Assembly: GCA_964650515.1 (NCBI GenBank)
Contig: CAZYUB010000003.1
Span: 4,096-68,095 of the forward strand
Direction of reading: 5' to 3'
Source of the DNA: an uncultured Planctomycetia bacterium
GTDB lineage: Bacteria; Omnitrophota; Gorgyraeia; Pluralincolimonadales; Pluralincolimonadaceae
Length of the DNA: 64,000 nt
Shown: positions 1-10,520 of the stretch, one piece after another
How the letters are laid out: every line of letters starts with the position of its first letter
How positions within the stretch are numbered: the first letter of the stretch is position 1
Program-made: the position numbers and the translations under genes
Notes under the pieces: model-generated
What the model saw: only the letters and a program-made list of their open reading frames with translations
Told to the model about the DNA's origin: nothing
Database searches by the model: none

Positions 1-335
1 AGAAGAGGATCGCCTTCAGGAGGGCGTTGAAGAAAGCCGTCCAGCAGGCGATGACATCGGGCGCGCTTGGCATAAAGGTAAAGTGCGCAGGAAGGCTCGG
101 AGGCGCAGAGATGTCGCGCACCGAAGGATACAAGGAAGGCAAGGTCCCGCTGCAGACCTTCAGGGCGGACATAGATTACGGGTTCGCGGAAGCCATGACG
201 ACTTACGGCCTCATCGGCGTAAAAGCGTGGGTATACAAGGGCGACGTGCTCTTCAAGAAGCAGCCCGAGAAGGTGTCCTCGGATGAAGCCGAGAATGCCG
301 CAGCCTCGAAGCCCGAAACAGAGCAGAAAAATTAA
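1..335 (+). CDS. rpsC: 30S ribosomal protein S3, C-terminal part (gene begins upstream of window)
   Basis: In-frame translation ...[32 protein letters not shown]... matches the conserved S3 C-terminal domain. L16 follows directly, as in the S10/spc operon. Confidence 0.9.
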   Translation, partial: KRIAFRRALKKAVQQAMTSGALGIKVKCAGRLGGAEMSRTEGYKEGKVPLQTFRADIDYGFAEAMTTYGLIGVKAWVYKGDVLFKKQPEKVSSDEAENAAASKPETEQKN

Positions 336-350
336 GGAGCAAACTTAGAG

Positions 351-773
351 ATGGCTTTATTCCCTAAAAGAGTAAAATACAGGAAATCGCAGAGAGGCAG
401 GCGCAAGGGCATGGCCATGACCGGTTCGACGATGTCGTTCGGCGAATACGGGCTGCAGTGCCTCGAGAACGGATGGATAAAGAATACCCAGATAGAAGCG
501 GCGAGGGTCGTTATATCGCGCCATTTAAAAGGCGGCGGGAAGGCCTGGATAAGGATATTCCCGGACAAGCCCGTAAGCAAGAAGCCGGCTGAAACGAGGA
601 TGGGTAAGGGAAAGGGCATGACCGACCATTGGGTCGCGGTCATAAAGCGCGGAAGGATACTTTTCGAGGTCGAAGGGCTTCCGGAGTCCGTTGCTAAGGA
701 AGCCATGAGGTTGGCTTCCTCGAAGCTACCCTTAAAGACAAAATTCGTGGCCAGGACCAAGGTAGCCGCGTAA
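351..773 (+). CDS. rplP: 50S ribosomal protein L16
   Basis: N-terminus [20 protein letters not shown] is typical of L16. Operon position after S3. Confidence 0.95.
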   Translation: MALFPKRVKYRKSQRGRRKGMAMTGSTMSFGEYGLQCLENGWIKNTQIEAARVVISRHLKGGGKAWIRIFPDKPVSKKPAETRMGKGKGMTDHWVAVIKRGRILFEVEGLPESVAKEAMRLASSKLPLKTKFVARTKVAA

Positions 774-790
774 AACCAGGGAACAATAAG

Positions 791-991
791 ATGCCATTAA
801 AACCGGAAGAGATAAGGAACTTAGGGGCGGACGAGATCAAGACGAAGTACAATACGCTCCAGGAATCGCTGTTCAAGCTTAACCAGCAGGCGAAGATAGG
901 CAAGCTGGAGAAGCCGGACCAGATCCGCCAGATGAAGAAGGATATCGCGCGGATAATGACCATAATGACGGAGAAGGATATCAGGATATGA
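791..991 (+). CDS. rpmC: 50S ribosomal protein L29
   Basis: 66 aa helical K/E-rich protein between L16 and S17. Size and position fit L29. Confidence 0.9.
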   Translation: MPLKPEEIRNLGADEIKTKYNTLQESLFKLNQQAKIGKLEKPDQIRQMKKDIARIMTIMTEKDIRI

Positions 992-1236
992 GCGAAAGAG
1001 GCAGCAGGAAAGAGAGATTTGGTATCGTGACGAGCGACAAGATGAACAAGACGATCGTCGTGAAGGTGGAGCACTTCTCAACGCATGCCGCATACGGAAG
1101 GACGATGCGCCGCGTAGAGAGGTACAAGGTCCACGATGAAGAAAAGAAGGCGAAAACGGGCGACAGGGTCAAGATCGAGGAGACGCGCCCTATATCAAAA
1201 GACAAGAGATGGAGATTGGTTGAGGTCCTGAAATGA
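988..1236 (+). CDS. rpsQ: 30S ribosomal protein S17
   Basis: 82 aa with motif [17 protein letters not shown] typical of S17. ATGA-type overlap with L29. Confidence 0.93.
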   Translation: MSERGSRKERFGIVTSDKMNKTIVVKVEHFSTHAAYGRTMRRVERYKVHDEEKKAKTGDRVKIEETRPISKDKRWRLVEVLK

Positions 1237-1601
1237 TACAGCTGCGTTCAATTCTTGTGGTAGCCGACAATACCGGCGCGAAAAAGGCGGCCATGATACA
1301 GGTGCTCGGGCGCCAGAGCAAGGTGGTAGCGGACCTTGGCGACATAATAAAGGTCCATATCAAGGAATCGACCCCCGACGCCTCGGTAAAGAAGGGCGAG
1401 GTCGCCACGGCGGTAGTCGTAAGGCTGAAATCCCCGACGCGCAGGCCGGACGGTTCGTACCTGAGGTTCGACAGCAACGCTGTCGTCATAATCGATAACG
1501 CGAAGAATCCGAAGGGCACAAGGATCTTCGGCCCGGTCGCAAGGGAACTGCGCGATAAGGGTTTCTCAAAGATAATTTCATTGGCTCCAGAGGTAATATA
1601 G
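1233..1601 (+). CDS. rplN: 50S ribosomal protein L14
   Basis: [18 protein letters not shown]... is the canonical L14 N-terminus. 122 aa. Confidence 0.95.
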   Translation: MIQLRSILVVADNTGAKKAAMIQVLGRQSKVVADLGDIIKVHIKESTPDASVKKGEVATAVVVRLKSPTRRPDGSYLRFDSNAVVIIDNAKNPKGTRIFGPVARELRDKGFSKIISLAPEVI

Positions 1602-1913
1602 ATGAGGATCAAGAAGAACGATACGGTAATGATAATAAAGGGGAAGGATAACGGCAAAAGCGGCCGCGTGATGAGGCTCATCGCCGGCGCCGACAAGGCC
1701 ATCGTCGAAGGGCTTAACTTCGTCAAGAAGCATGCCCGTAAGACGCAGCAGAACCCGCAGGGCGGAATCATACAGATAGAGAGCCCCATAGCGCTCTCGA
1801 ACCTGATGCCCGTTTGCCCGAAATGCAACAAGCCGGTAAGGGTAGGCAACATGGCCGGGAAAGACGGGAAGAAAACGAGGATATGCAGGAAGTGCAAGGA
1901 GGCATTGGCCTGA
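1602..1913 (+). CDS. rplX: 50S ribosomal protein L24, with a Cys4 zinc-ribbon-like C-terminus
   Basis: KOW-type N-terminus ([23 protein letters not shown]) in the L14-L24-L5 order. The C-terminus carries CPKC...CRKC. Confidence 0.9.
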   Translation: MRIKKNDTVMIIKGKDNGKSGRVMRLIAGADKAIVEGLNFVKKHARKTQQNPQGGIIQIESPIALSNLMPVCPKCNKPVRVGNMAGKDGKKTRICRKCKEALA

Positions 1914-2476
1914 TGAAAACGGCGACTATTACACCAAGGTTGGCTGAACACTACAAGAAGAATCTTGTGCCGCAGCTGGCCAAGAAGTACGGATATAAGA
2001 ACATATTCCAGGTCCCGCAGCTCAAGAAAGTGGTCATAAACATGGGAGTGAGCGAGGGAGCCGAGGATATAAAGATACTCGAGGCGGTCATGGCGGACCT
2101 CATGACGATAACCGGACAGAAGCCGGTCATGACGCGCGCGAAGAAAGCCATCGCGAATTTCAAGATCAAGGAAGGCGCGACCGTAGGATGCAAGGTAACC
2201 CTGCGCGGCGCAAGGATGTATGAATTCGTTGACAGGCTCGTGAACGTCGCGCTGCCTAGGATCAAGGACTTCCGCGGCATACCTTTCGATACATTCGACG
2301 GTGCTGGCAATTTCGCGATGGGCCTCCGCGAACAGACGATATTCCCCGAGATAGAGGCCGACAGGGTAGCGAAGGTCCAGGGTATGGATATAATATTCGT
2401 GACAAGTGCAAAGACCGACGATGAAGCGCGTGAGCTCATCCGTCTTCTCGGCATGCCCTTTAAAAAGCAAGGTTAA
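1913..2476 (+). CDS. rplE: 50S ribosomal protein L5
   Basis: Start moved to ATG 1913, a TGATG overlap with the L24 stop. [16 protein letters not shown]... is the typical L5 N-terminus. The 6-frame ORF from 1814 is an upstream extension in the same frame. Confidence 0.92.
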   Translation: MKTATITPRLAEHYKKNLVPQLAKKYGYKNIFQVPQLKKVVINMGVSEGAEDIKILEAVMADLMTITGQKPVMTRAKKAIANFKIKEGATVGCKVTLRGARMYEFVDRLVNVALPRIKDFRGIPFDTFDGAGNFAMGLREQTIFPEIEADRVAKVQGMDIIFVTSAKTDDEARELIRLLGMPFKKQG

Positions 2477-2478
2477 AA

Positions 2479-2664
2479 ATGGCTAAAACATCGTTAATAG
2501 AGAAATGGAAGAGGCCGGCGAAATTCTCCTCCAGGAAGTATAACAGGTGCCGCCTTTGCGGCAGGTCGGGCGGTTATCTGAGCAGGTTCGAATTATGCCG
2601 TATTTGCTTCAGGGAATTGGCCTCGAAGGGGGAGATCCCCGGAGTTACGAAATCAAGCTGGTAA
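2479..2664 (+). CDS. rpsN: 30S ribosomal protein S14, zinc-binding type Z (61 aa)
   Basis: 61 aa with CRLCGR...CRIC zinc motif. Sits between L5 and S8. Confidence 0.93.
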   Translation: MAKTSLIEKWKRPAKFSSRKYNRCRLCGRSGGYLSRFELCRICFRELASKGEIPGVTKSSW

Positions 2665-2679
2665 AAACAAGGGAAAAAG

Positions 2680-3069
2680 ATGTCTAAGACAGATCCGATA
2701 GCAGACTTTTTGACGTTGATAAGGAACGCGACACGCGCGAAGATGGACAGCGTGGATGTCGAGCAGTCAAAAATGAACAGGGAGATCCTCGAGATAATGA
2801 AGAAGGAGGGCTATATCAGCGACTTCAAGCCCCTCGAGGCGTCCCGCAAGATCAAGGTATACCTGAAGTACGTATCCGGCCGCAGCGTAATAAAGAACCT
2901 CAGGAAGGTATCGCGCCCGGGTTTAAGGGTCTATACGAAGCAAAGCAAGATGCCGAACGTATTAAGAGGTTTGGGCGTCGCGGTCATAACGACCCCTAAG
3001 GGCGTGCTGACGAACAGGGAAGCGCGCGAACTCAGGGTCGGCGGGGAAGTGCTCTGTTATATCTGGTAA
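2680..3069 (+). CDS. rpsH: 30S ribosomal protein S8
   Basis: MSKTDPIADFLTLIRNA... is the typical S8 N-terminus. 129 aa. Confidence 0.95.
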   Translation: MSKTDPIADFLTLIRNATRAKMDSVDVEQSKMNREILEIMKKEGYISDFKPLEASRKIKVYLKYVSGRSVIKNLRKVSRPGLRVYTKQSKMPNVLRGLGVAVITTPKGVLTNREARELRVGGEVLCYIW

Positions 3070-3090
3070 TACACATAATAAAGGTGAAAA

Positions 3091-3633
3091 ATGTCAAGAG
3101 TAGGTAAGAAACCGATACAGATAATCAAAGGCGTGAAGGTCAGCGTGAACGGGAATACCGTCCTCGTTGAAGGCCCGAAGGGGAAACTGACCCAGGATTT
3201 CCTCCCTTCGATGAAGATCGAGGTAAAAGGGGAGCAGGTTATCGTAACGCCGAACGAAGGCGCGAACATAAAGAACTCCGGCGCGATCCACGGGCTTACC
3301 CGCTCGTTGATAAACAATATGGTGATCGGCGTCACGTCAGGTTACCAGAAGGACCTTGAGATACAGGGCGTAGGTTTCAGGGCGCAGGTCACCGGCAAGA
3401 AGCTCGTCATGCAGCTGGGGTTCTCCCATCCGGTGGATTTCCCGATTCCCGAGGGAATAGTCATCGAGGCGCCGAAGCCGACGCAGCTCATAATAAAGGG
3501 AATAGACAAGCATAAAGTCGGCCAGGTTGCGGCCGAGATAAGGGATATCTTCCCGCCGGAACCTTACAAGGGTAAGGGCATAAGGTACGTCGGCGAATAC
3601 GTGAGGAAGAAAGTCGGAAAGGCGGTAGGCTAG
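3091..3633 (+). CDS. rplF: 50S ribosomal protein L6
   Basis: MSRVGKKPIQI... is the typical L6 start. 180 aa. Confidence 0.95.
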   Translation: MSRVGKKPIQIIKGVKVSVNGNTVLVEGPKGKLTQDFLPSMKIEVKGEQVIVTPNEGANIKNSGAIHGLTRSLINNMVIGVTSGYQKDLEIQGVGFRAQVTGKKLVMQLGFSHPVDFPIPEGIVIEAPKPTQLIIKGIDKHKVGQVAAEIRDIFPPEPYKGKGIRYVGEYVRKKVGKAVG

Positions 3634-3637
3634 AGCC

Positions 3638-4000
3638 ATGACTGCAAAGAGCGAATTACACAGGAAAAGGCGCCATAACAGGATAAGAAGAAGGATAATC
3701 GGCACGAAGGAGAAGCCGAGGATGTCCGTGCATCGCAGCTTGAACAATATATCCGTCCAGCTGATAGATGACATCGACGGCAAGACCTTGTGCGCGGTCT
3801 CCACTTCCGATAAGGGTTTCAGGGAGAAGCATAAGACAGGCGGAAACGTAAAGGCCGCGGAACTGCTCGGAGAGATGATATCCAAGCTGGCACAGTCGAA
3901 AGGCGTAAAGAAGGTCGTATTCGACAGGAGCGGGTATCTCTACCACGGCAGGATAAAATCGCTGGCCGATTCCGCCAGGAAAGCCGGACTAGAGTTTTAG
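3638..4000 (+). CDS. rplR: 50S ribosomal protein L18
   Basis: Basic N-terminus [12 protein letters not shown]. 120 aa, positioned after L6. Confidence 0.93.
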   Translation: MTAKSELHRKRRHNRIRRRIIGTKEKPRMSVHRSLNNISVQLIDDIDGKTLCAVSTSDKGFREKHKTGGNVKAAELLGEMISKLAQSKGVKKVVFDRSGYLYHGRIKSLADSARKAGLEF

Positions 4001-4037
4001 CCTTTTAAGGCTATAAAAGCAATTTAGGAGAAAGAAA

Positions 4038-4526
4038 TTGGCCGATAAGTATGCACAGGATAAGCAGTTAAGCGAAAAGGTATTGAGCATCAACCGCGTC
4101 GCCAAGGTAACGAAGGGCGGCAAGAAGATGTCGTTCTCGGCGTTGCTGGTAGTAGGCGACGGCAAAGGCAAGGTCGGTTTCGGTTACGGCAAGGCGAACG
4201 AAGTCGCCGAAGCCATCAGGAAGGGCCTTGTGGACGCGAGGAAGGGCATGTTCGAGGTCCCGAGGGTAGGCCATACGATACCCCACGAGGTGCTCGGCAA
4301 ATACGGCGCGGGCAAAGTCCTGTTGAAACCCGCCTCACCCGGTACCGGAGTAATAGCCGGAGGCCCGATAAGGGCGCTTTGCGATGCCGCGGGCATAAAA
4401 GACATACTATCTAAATCGCTCGGATCGGACAATTCGGTAAACGTAATTAAAGCGGCTGTAGTGGCTTTCAAGAGCCTTTCATATAAAGAAGAGAACACGA
4501 GGATAAAAGGAGAGCAGCCTAAGTGA
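4038..4526 (+). CDS. rpsE: 30S ribosomal protein S5
   Basis: TTG start. Motif [36 protein letters not shown] is typical S5. Confidence 0.93.
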   Translation: MADKYAQDKQLSEKVLSINRVAKVTKGGKKMSFSALLVVGDGKGKVGFGYGKANEVAEAIRKGLVDARKGMFEVPRVGHTIPHEVLGKYGAGKVLLKPASPGTGVIAGGPIRALCDAAGIKDILSKSLGSDNSVNVIKAAVVAFKSLSYKEENTRIKGEQPK

Positions 4527-4966
4527 AACTTGGAGAGATCAGGGTCCCCGAAGGGGCCACGAAAAAGAGAAAGATAGTCGGACGGGGCTCGGGTTCGGGC
4601 CACGGAAAGACGTCGACGAGAGGCCAGAAAGGCCAGAGGTCCAGGTCGGGCGCCCATATCCATAAGGAGTTCGAAGGCGGTCAGATGCCTTTGATCAGGA
4701 CGGTGCCGAAGAGGGGCTTCACGAACAGGTTCAAGAAGATATCCCAGGTCGTCAACCTTACGGCGCTTTCGGCGTTCAAGGAAAATTCGGTGGTCACTCC
4801 CGTCGAGCTGCGCAACCAGGGAATAATAAGGGACGAGAAGGGAGCCGTAAAGATACTCGGAGACGGCGAGATAACAAAGGCGCTTACGGTAAAGGCGCAG
4901 GCGTTCTCAACATCAGCTGCCGAGAAGATCGCTAAGGCCGGCGGCAAAACCGAGATCATAAAATAA
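4523..4966 (+). CDS. rplO: 50S ribosomal protein L15
   Basis: GTG start overlapping the S5 stop (GTGA). Gly/Arg-rich N-terminus of L15. No L30 gene between S5 and L15. Confidence 0.92.
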   Translation: MKLGEIRVPEGATKKRKIVGRGSGSGHGKTSTRGQKGQRSRSGAHIHKEFEGGQMPLIRTVPKRGFTNRFKKISQVVNLTALSAFKENSVVTPVELRNQGIIRDEKGAVKILGDGEITKALTVKAQAFSTSAAEKIAKAGGKTEIIK

Positions 4967-6303
4967 TGATCCAGGCTTTCTCGAACATTTTAAAGATACC
5001 CGAGCTCAAGAAGAAGCTGATCGTTACGGCGGCGCTTCTTGCCGTATATTGCTTCGGAAGGTATATACCTACGCCGGGCATAGACGGGCACGCTCTTTCT
5101 CAGTTCATAGAGCAGGAATCGAAGCGTTCCGGCGGCTCGCTGTTCGATATAATGGACCTCTTTACCGGTGCCGCTATGTCGCAGATGACGATATTCGCGT
5201 TCGGCATCATGCCGTACATATCAAGCTCGATCATAATGCAGCTGTTGACGTTCGCGTTCCCGTATTTCGAGAAACTCGCGAAAGAGGGCGGTGAGCACGG
5301 GCGCAGGATGATAACCCAGTATACACGTTACGGCACACTTGTAATAGGCGCCATACAGGCGCTCTTCACGAGCTTCTGGCTCGAGAACCTGCACAATACG
5401 ATAGGCATACAGGTCGTGCAGTACCCCGGATGGGGATTCAGGCTCATGGTCATACTGACGCTGGTCAGCGGCACGGCGTTCATCATGTGGCTCGGCGAGC
5501 AAATAACGGAGTACGGCATCGGGAACGGCATGTCTATAATAATAACGGCGTCTATCATATCCAGGATACCGACGGCGGCGAACAATCTTTATACTTTGGT
5601 CACATCGAAGCAGCTGGACATATTAAGCATAATCCTCATGGCCGTCATGATATTCGGCGTAATAGTGGCGGTCATAATGATAACGCAGGCGCAGCGCCGC
5701 ATCCCGGTCCAGTACGCGAAACGCATCGTCGGCAGGCGGGTCATGGGCGGGCAGAGCACTTACCTGCCTCTCAGGGTCAACCAGGCGGGCGTAATACCGA
5801 TCATATTCGCGCAGTCGATACTGCTCTTCCCCGCGACGCTCGCGCAGTTTGTGCCTAACCAGACGGTAAAGAACATGATAGGCTGGCTCACGCACGGCGG
5901 CGTCGTTTACACGATATTCTACGCGTCGCTTATCATATTCTTCACATATTTTTATACGGCGGTAACGCTGAACCCCCGCGACCTCGCGGATAACATGAAG
6001 AAGTACGGCGGTTTCGTCCCCGGCGTAAGGCCCGGGAAGCCGACGGAGGATTATTTCAATTTCATACTCAACCGCGTGACATTGCCGGGAGCCATGTTCC
6101 TCGCGCTGATCGCCATCCTGCCGGATTTCGTCGGCAAATGGCTTAAGATACCGTACCTTGTCGCGAGCTTCTTCGGAGGCACGGCGCTGCTGATCATCGT
6201 AGGCGTCATGCTCGACACGATGAAACAGATCGAGTCGTTCCTGCTCATGAGGCATTATGACGGGTTCATGAAGTCGGGCAGGCTGAAGGCGAGGGGCAGG
6301 TGA
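4966..6303 (+). CDS. secY: Preprotein translocase subunit SecY
   Basis: 445 aa polytopic membrane protein after L15. TAATG junction with L15. Confidence 0.95.
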   Translation: MIQAFSNILKIPELKKKLIVTAALLAVYCFGRYIPTPGIDGHALSQFIEQESKRSGGSLFDIMDLFTGAAMSQMTIFAFGIMPYISSSIIMQLLTFAFPYFEKLAKEGGEHGRRMITQYTRYGTLVIGAIQALFTSFWLENLHNTIGIQVVQYPGWGFRLMVILTLVSGTAFIMWLGEQITEYGIGNGMSIIITASIISRIPTAANNLYTLVTSKQLDILSIILMAVMIFGVIVAVIMITQAQRRIPVQYAKRIVGRRVMGGQSTYLPLRVNQAGVIPIIFAQSILLFPATLAQFVPNQTVKNMIGWLTHGGVVYTIFYASLIIFFTYFYTAVTLNPRDLADNMKKYGGFVPGVRPGKPTEDYFNFILNRVTLPGAMFLALIAILPDFVGKWLKIPYLVASFFGGTALLIIVGVMLDTMKQIESFLLMRHYDGFMKSGRLKARGR

Positions 6304-6956
6304 AGCTGGTCCTGTTGGGCCCCCCGGGAGCCGGGAAGGGCACGCAGGCAAAAGTTCTTTCTAAGGAGTTCGGGATACCGCACATCTCGACCGGCGATAT
6401 CCTGCGCGAGTCAGTGAAGGCGCAGTCGCCGATCGGGCTGAAGGCGAAGGTCTATATGGACAAGGGCGAACTGGTCCCGGATGACGTGGTCATCGAGATG
6501 GTTGCCCAGAGGGTCGCGAAGGAAGATTGCGCGAACGGTTTCATGCTAGACGGGTTCCCGAGGACCGCGGCGCAGGCAAAAGCGCTCGACGGGACGCTCG
6601 CGGGGCTGAAGCGCCCGGTAGACCTCGTGCTGTATTTCAAGACGTCGCAGCAGACGATAATCCAACGGCTCTCCGGAAGGAGGGTCTGCAGGAACTGCGG
6701 CGAGAATTACCATGTGAAGAATATACCCCCGAAGGTAGCCGGCAAGTGCGACAAGTGCGGCGGCGAGCTTTACCAGAGGGTGGACGATAAGGAAGACACT
6801 ATCCTTAACAGGATAAAAGTATACGAGAACACGGTCCCCGGCATAATAAGTTATTACGAGGGCAAGGGGATCCTCAGGACCGTTTCAGGCGACTTCGACG
6901 TGGATGAAGCGCATGATTATCTGTCGAAGCTCTTTGTCAAAGAGAATCTGAAGTAA
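6300..6956 (+). CDS. adk: Adenylate kinase (zinc-lid type)
   Basis: GPPGAGKGTQ P-loop. Cys4 lid CRNCGENYH...CDKCGG. GTG start overlapping the secY stop. Confidence 0.95.
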   Translation: MKLVLLGPPGAGKGTQAKVLSKEFGIPHISTGDILRESVKAQSPIGLKAKVYMDKGELVPDDVVIEMVAQRVAKEDCANGFMLDGFPRTAAQAKALDGTLAGLKRPVDLVLYFKTSQQTIIQRLSGRRVCRNCGENYHVKNIPPKVAGKCDKCGGELYQRVDDKEDTILNRIKVYENTVPGIISYYEGKGILRTVSGDFDVDEAHDYLSKLFVKENLK

Positions 6957-6969
6957 AAAAGGCCGCAGC

Positions 6970-7731
6970 ATGATAACATTACGGTCGAAGGCGGAAGTAG
7001 AGAAGATCGAAGCCGCCTGCAGGATAGTCTCCGACACGCTGGAGTACCTCGGGACGAAGATAGGGCCGGGGGTCACGACGCAGGAACTCGACGACCTGGC
7101 CATACAGCACATAAGGGAACGGGGCGCCATATCCGCGTTCAAGGGATATAACGGGTTCCCAGCGAACATATGCACGTCCGTCAATGAGACGGTTGTGCAT
7201 GGGATACCCGGCAAGCGAGTCCTTAAGGAAGGCGATATTATCGCGGTCGATATAGGCGTGAAGTTAAACGGATTTTTTGGCGACGCGGCGATGAGTTTCC
7301 CCGTAGGCGCGGTCTCGGAAGAGGCGCGAAGGCTCATGGAAGTGACGGAAGCGTCGCTGTATAAGGGAATAGAGAATGCCAGGCCGGATAAGCGGCTCTA
7401 TGATATATCGAGCGCCGTGCAGGAACACGTCGAGAGCAACGGTTTTTCCGTTGTGCGCGAATTTGTCGGGCACGGCATAGGTTCCAGGATGCATGAGGAC
7501 CCGCAGATCCCGAATTTCGGGGTCCCGGGGACCGGGCCGAGGCTGAAGGCAGGCATGGTCCTCGCGATAGAGCCGATGGTCAACTCGGGAAGGCACGGCG
7601 TTGAGGTACTTGATGACGGCTGGACAGCCGTGACAACAGACAGGAAACTTTCGGCCCACTTCGAGCATACGGTGTATATCGGAGAAGACGGTCCGGAGAT
7701 ATTGACGAAATGGCGAAAGAAGAAGCAATAG
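6970..7731 (+). CDS. map: Methionine aminopeptidase type I
   Basis: 253 aa M24A protein. [12 protein letters not shown] motif. Position after adk. Confidence 0.93.
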   Translation: MITLRSKAEVEKIEAACRIVSDTLEYLGTKIGPGVTTQELDDLAIQHIRERGAISAFKGYNGFPANICTSVNETVVHGIPGKRVLKEGDIIAVDIGVKLNGFFGDAAMSFPVGAVSEEARRLMEVTEASLYKGIENARPDKRLYDISSAVQEHVESNGFSVVREFVGHGIGSRMHEDPQIPNFGVPGTGPRLKAGMVLAIEPMVNSGRHGVEVLDDGWTAVTTDRKLSAHFEHTVYIGEDGPEILTKWRKKKQ

Positions 7732-7928
7732 AAGTCGAAGGAGTGGTGCTTGAGGCGTTGCCGAACGCGATGTTTCGCGTGGAGCTGGACGAAGGCCATA
7801 AGGTATTGGCCCACGTCTCGGGAAAGATGAGGATGAACTTCATCAGGATACTCCCGGGAGACAGGGTCAAGATGGAGCTTTCGCCGTATGACCTAACAAG
7901 AGGAAGGATAACTTTCAGGGTGAAATGA
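7710..7928 (+). CDS. infA: Translation initiation factor IF-1
   Basis: 72 aa S1-like protein. Motif [41 protein letters not shown]. 22-nt overlap with map. Confidence 0.95.
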   Translation: MAKEEAIEVEGVVLEALPNAMFRVELDEGHKVLAHVSGKMRMNFIRILPGDRVKMELSPYDLTRGRITFRVK

Positions 7929-7929
7929 G

Positions 7930-8043
7930 ATGAAAGTCCGTTCAAGTATAAAGAAGATCTGCGAGAAGTGCAAGATAGTCAAGAGAAGGGGTATCATTTA
8001 CGTAATATGCGCTAACCCGAAGCACAAACAGCGCCAAGGCTAA
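7930..8043 (+). CDS. rpmJ: 50S ribosomal protein L36 (zinc ribbon)
   Basis: Hand translation gives [37 protein letters not shown]. Below the size cutoff of the ORF track. Confidence 0.95.
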   Translation: MKVRSSIKKICEKCKIVKRRGIIYVICANPKHKQRQG

Positions 8044-8056
8044 TCAGGAGGAATTA

Positions 8057-8440
8057 ATGCCCAGGATTTTAGGTATCGATCTGCCGAAGGAAAAAAAGAT
8101 AGAGTTTTCTCTCTGCTACCTCTACGGGGTAGGGAGGGTCATTTCGAGGAAGATATTGAAGGAAGCGAATATCAACCCCGAGGCCCGCGCGAAGGACCTG
8201 ACCGACGAGGAAGTCGCCCGTATAACCTCGATACTGCAGAAGGAGTACAAGGTCGAGGGAGACCTCAGGAGGGAGATAGCTCAGAACATAAAGAGGCTCA
8301 TGGATATAGGCTCGTACAGGGGCATGAGGCACAAGAGGGGCTTGCCCGCGCGCGGCCAGCGCACGAAGACGAACGCGAGGACCAGGAAAGGCCCGCGCAG
8401 GATGGCCGTTACCCTCAAGAAAAAAGAAGCTAAAGGATAA
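8057..8440 (+). CDS. rpsM: 30S ribosomal protein S13
   Basis: [26 protein letters not shown] is typical S13. 127 aa. Confidence 0.95.
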   Translation: MPRILGIDLPKEKKIEFSLCYLYGVGRVISRKILKEANINPEARAKDLTDEEVARITSILQKEYKVEGDLRREIAQNIKRLMDIGSYRGMRHKRGLPARGQRTKTNARTRKGPRRMAVTLKKKEAKG

Positions 8441-8463
8441 CCATAAATAAGGAGCTTTACGAA

Positions 8464-8880
8464 ATGGCAGAGGAAAAGCAGCAGGAAGAACATAAACCGA
8501 AGAAGCCCAAGTCCAAGAAAAAAGCCGCGAAGAACATACCGAGCGCGGTAGCACATATACAGGCGACGTTCAATAACACGGTCGTGACGATAACGGACAA
8601 ATCGGGGAATACGATCTGCTGGGCATCCAGCGGCGGAAGCGGGTTCGCCGGTTCAAAGAAGTCGACGCCGTTCGCCGCGCAGGTTGCGGCGGAAGTTGCC
8701 GCAAAGAAGGCCATGGAGCACGGCGTGAAGGAAGTGGAAGTATTCGTAAAGGGGCCCGGGGCAGGACGCGAGTCCGCGATACGCGCCCTTCAGGCAGCCG
8801 GCCTGGCCATATCGTTAATCAAGGATGTGACGCCTATTCCGCACAACGGTTGCAGGCCACCGAAGAGAAGGAGAGTATAG
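8464..8880 (+). CDS. rpsK: 30S ribosomal protein S11
   Basis: Motif [20 protein letters not shown] is typical S11. 138 aa. Confidence 0.95.
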   Translation: MAEEKQQEEHKPKKPKSKKKAAKNIPSAVAHIQATFNNTVVTITDKSGNTICWASSGGSGFAGSKKSTPFAAQVAAEVAAKKAMEHGVKEVEVFVKGPGAGRESAIRALQAAGLAISLIKDVTPIPHNGCRPPKRRRV

Positions 8881-8883
8881 TAA

Positions 8884-9510
8884 ATGGCGAAATACAAGGA
8901 TGCCGTATGCAGGCTTTGCAGGAGGGAAGGCGCCAAGCTGTTCCTTAAAGGATCGCGCTGCTACACGCCCAAATGCGCCATAACCCGCCGCGAATATGCG
9001 CCGGGCCAGCACGGCCAGGGCAGGATAAAGCTTTCTGACTACGGCCTTCAGTTGAGGGAGAAGCAGAAGGTAAAGAGGATCTACGGGGTGCTTGAAAGGC
9101 AGTTCAGGAAGTATTTCAAGATAGCGAATAGGTCAAAGGGCGTCACCGGCGAGATACTGCTCCAGCAGCTCGAGAGAAGGCTGGACAACGTGTTATTCCG
9201 CTCGGGGCTCGCGAATTCCACCGCCGACGCGCGCCAGATAACGGCGCACGGTAACGTGAAGGTCAACGGCCGCAGGGTGGATGTAGCGTCGTTCCAGGTC
9301 AAGGCCGGCGATTCCGTCAAGATAGGGGCAAAGGAAGGCATCGTAAAGCATATAAAGAGCAACCTCGAGATAACGAAGGACAGAGGCACTCCAAAATGGC
9401 TCGCGGTGGATGCGAACGGCTTGGAAGTAAAAATAGTCAAGCTTCCGTCAAGGGACGATATCGGTTTCCCTGTCCAGGAACAATTAATAGTAGAGTTATA
9501 CTCGAAGTAG
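8884..9510 (+). CDS. rpsD: 30S ribosomal protein S4 (zinc-binding form)
   Basis: MAKYKDAVCRLCRREGAKLFLKGSRCYTPKC. S4 domain. 208 aa. Confidence 0.95.
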   Translation: MAKYKDAVCRLCRREGAKLFLKGSRCYTPKCAITRREYAPGQHGQGRIKLSDYGLQLREKQKVKRIYGVLERQFRKYFKIANRSKGVTGEILLQQLERRLDNVLFRSGLANSTADARQITAHGNVKVNGRRVDVASFQVKAGDSVKIGAKEGIVKHIKSNLEITKDRGTPKWLAVDANGLEVKIVKLPSRDDIGFPVQEQLIVELYSK

Positions 9511-9524
9511 GAGGATAAAACAAT

Positions 9525-10508
9525 ATGGGTATTGTTTGGAAAGATTTTGAGATGCCTAAGAAACTGGTCTGCGAAGAGGCGACCTATACGGACAACTATG
9601 GCAAGTTCATTGCCGAGCCGTTCGAGCGCGGGTACGGGACCACGTTAGGCAGCGCGCTGAGGAGGGTACTGCTCTCTTCGATAGAAGGCAGCGCGGTCAC
9701 ATCCGTGAAGATCGATTCGGTGCAGCATGAGTTTTCCACTATACCCGGGGTCACGGAAGACGTGCCGGATATCATCCTTAACATCAAGAAGCTCATATTG
9801 CGCTCGCACTCGAGGCAGCCGAAGGTCATAGAGATAAAGGCCGACAGCAAGGGCGACGTAAAAGCAAAGGATATAATCCACGACGAGACCATAGAGATAC
9901 TCAACCCCGACCTGCATATCGCGACGCTTACCAAGAACGCGAAGTTCCACGTCGAGATGGAAGTCGGAAGGGGCAGGGGGTATTACCCTGCGGAGAAGAA
10001 CAAGAAGGAAGGCCTGCCTATAGGCGTGATACCGGTCGACTCGATATTCACCCCGATCGTAAAGGTGAATTTCCAGGTCGAGAACACACGCGTCGGGCAG
10101 ATAACGGATTACGACAAGCTGATACTCGAGATCTGGACGAACGGAAGCGTTACACCTAAAGACGCGCTGCTCTATTCATCCCATATACTCGAGAAGCACC
10201 TCGAAATATTCCTCGGGTTCGGGAAACTCCCGGTCGAAGAGGCGGAGGAAGAGGTCAAGGTCGACGAGGAATTGTATTCCAGGTTGAAGATGCCTGTCTC
10301 CGAGCTGGAACTCTCCGTGAGGAGCGCGAATTGCCTCAAGGAAGCGAAGATCAAGACGATCGGGGAACTCGTCCAGAAGTCGGAGGCCGAGATGCTAAAG
10401 TACAGGAATTTCGGCAAGAAGTCATTGGCCGAGATCAAGGAGATAATAGTCAGCATGGGCCTTTCGCTTGGGATGAAGGTCGATAAAAAACTGTTAAAGA
10501 AAGATTAA
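9525..10508 (+). CDS. rpoA: DNA-directed RNA polymerase alpha subunit
   Basis: 327 aa with the conserved RpoA N-terminal dimerisation region. Position S4-rpoA-L17. Confidence 0.95.
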   Translation: MGIVWKDFEMPKKLVCEEATYTDNYGKFIAEPFERGYGTTLGSALRRVLLSSIEGSAVTSVKIDSVQHEFSTIPGVTEDVPDIILNIKKLILRSHSRQPKVIEIKADSKGDVKAKDIIHDETIEILNPDLHIATLTKNAKFHVEMEVGRGRGYYPAEKNKKEGLPIGVIPVDSIFTPIVKVNFQVENTRVGQITDYDKLILEIWTNGSVTPKDALLYSSHILEKHLEIFLGFGKLPVEEAEEEVKVDEELYSRLKMPVSELELSVRSANCLKEAKIKTIGELVQKSEAEMLKYRNFGKKSLAEIKEIIVSMGLSLGMKVDKKLLKKD

Positions 10509-10520
10509 CGGGTAAACAAT

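Noticed and set aside
1190-2470. 426-aa minus-strand ORF antisense to rplN-rplX-rplE
   Set aside because: It overlaps three unambiguous ribosomal protein genes. The sequence is low-complexity. Long antisense ORFs are expected here because the plus-strand codon bias avoids reverse-complement stop codons.
5623-6351. 242-aa minus-strand ORF antisense to secY
   Set aside because: It lies entirely within secY, which is unambiguous.
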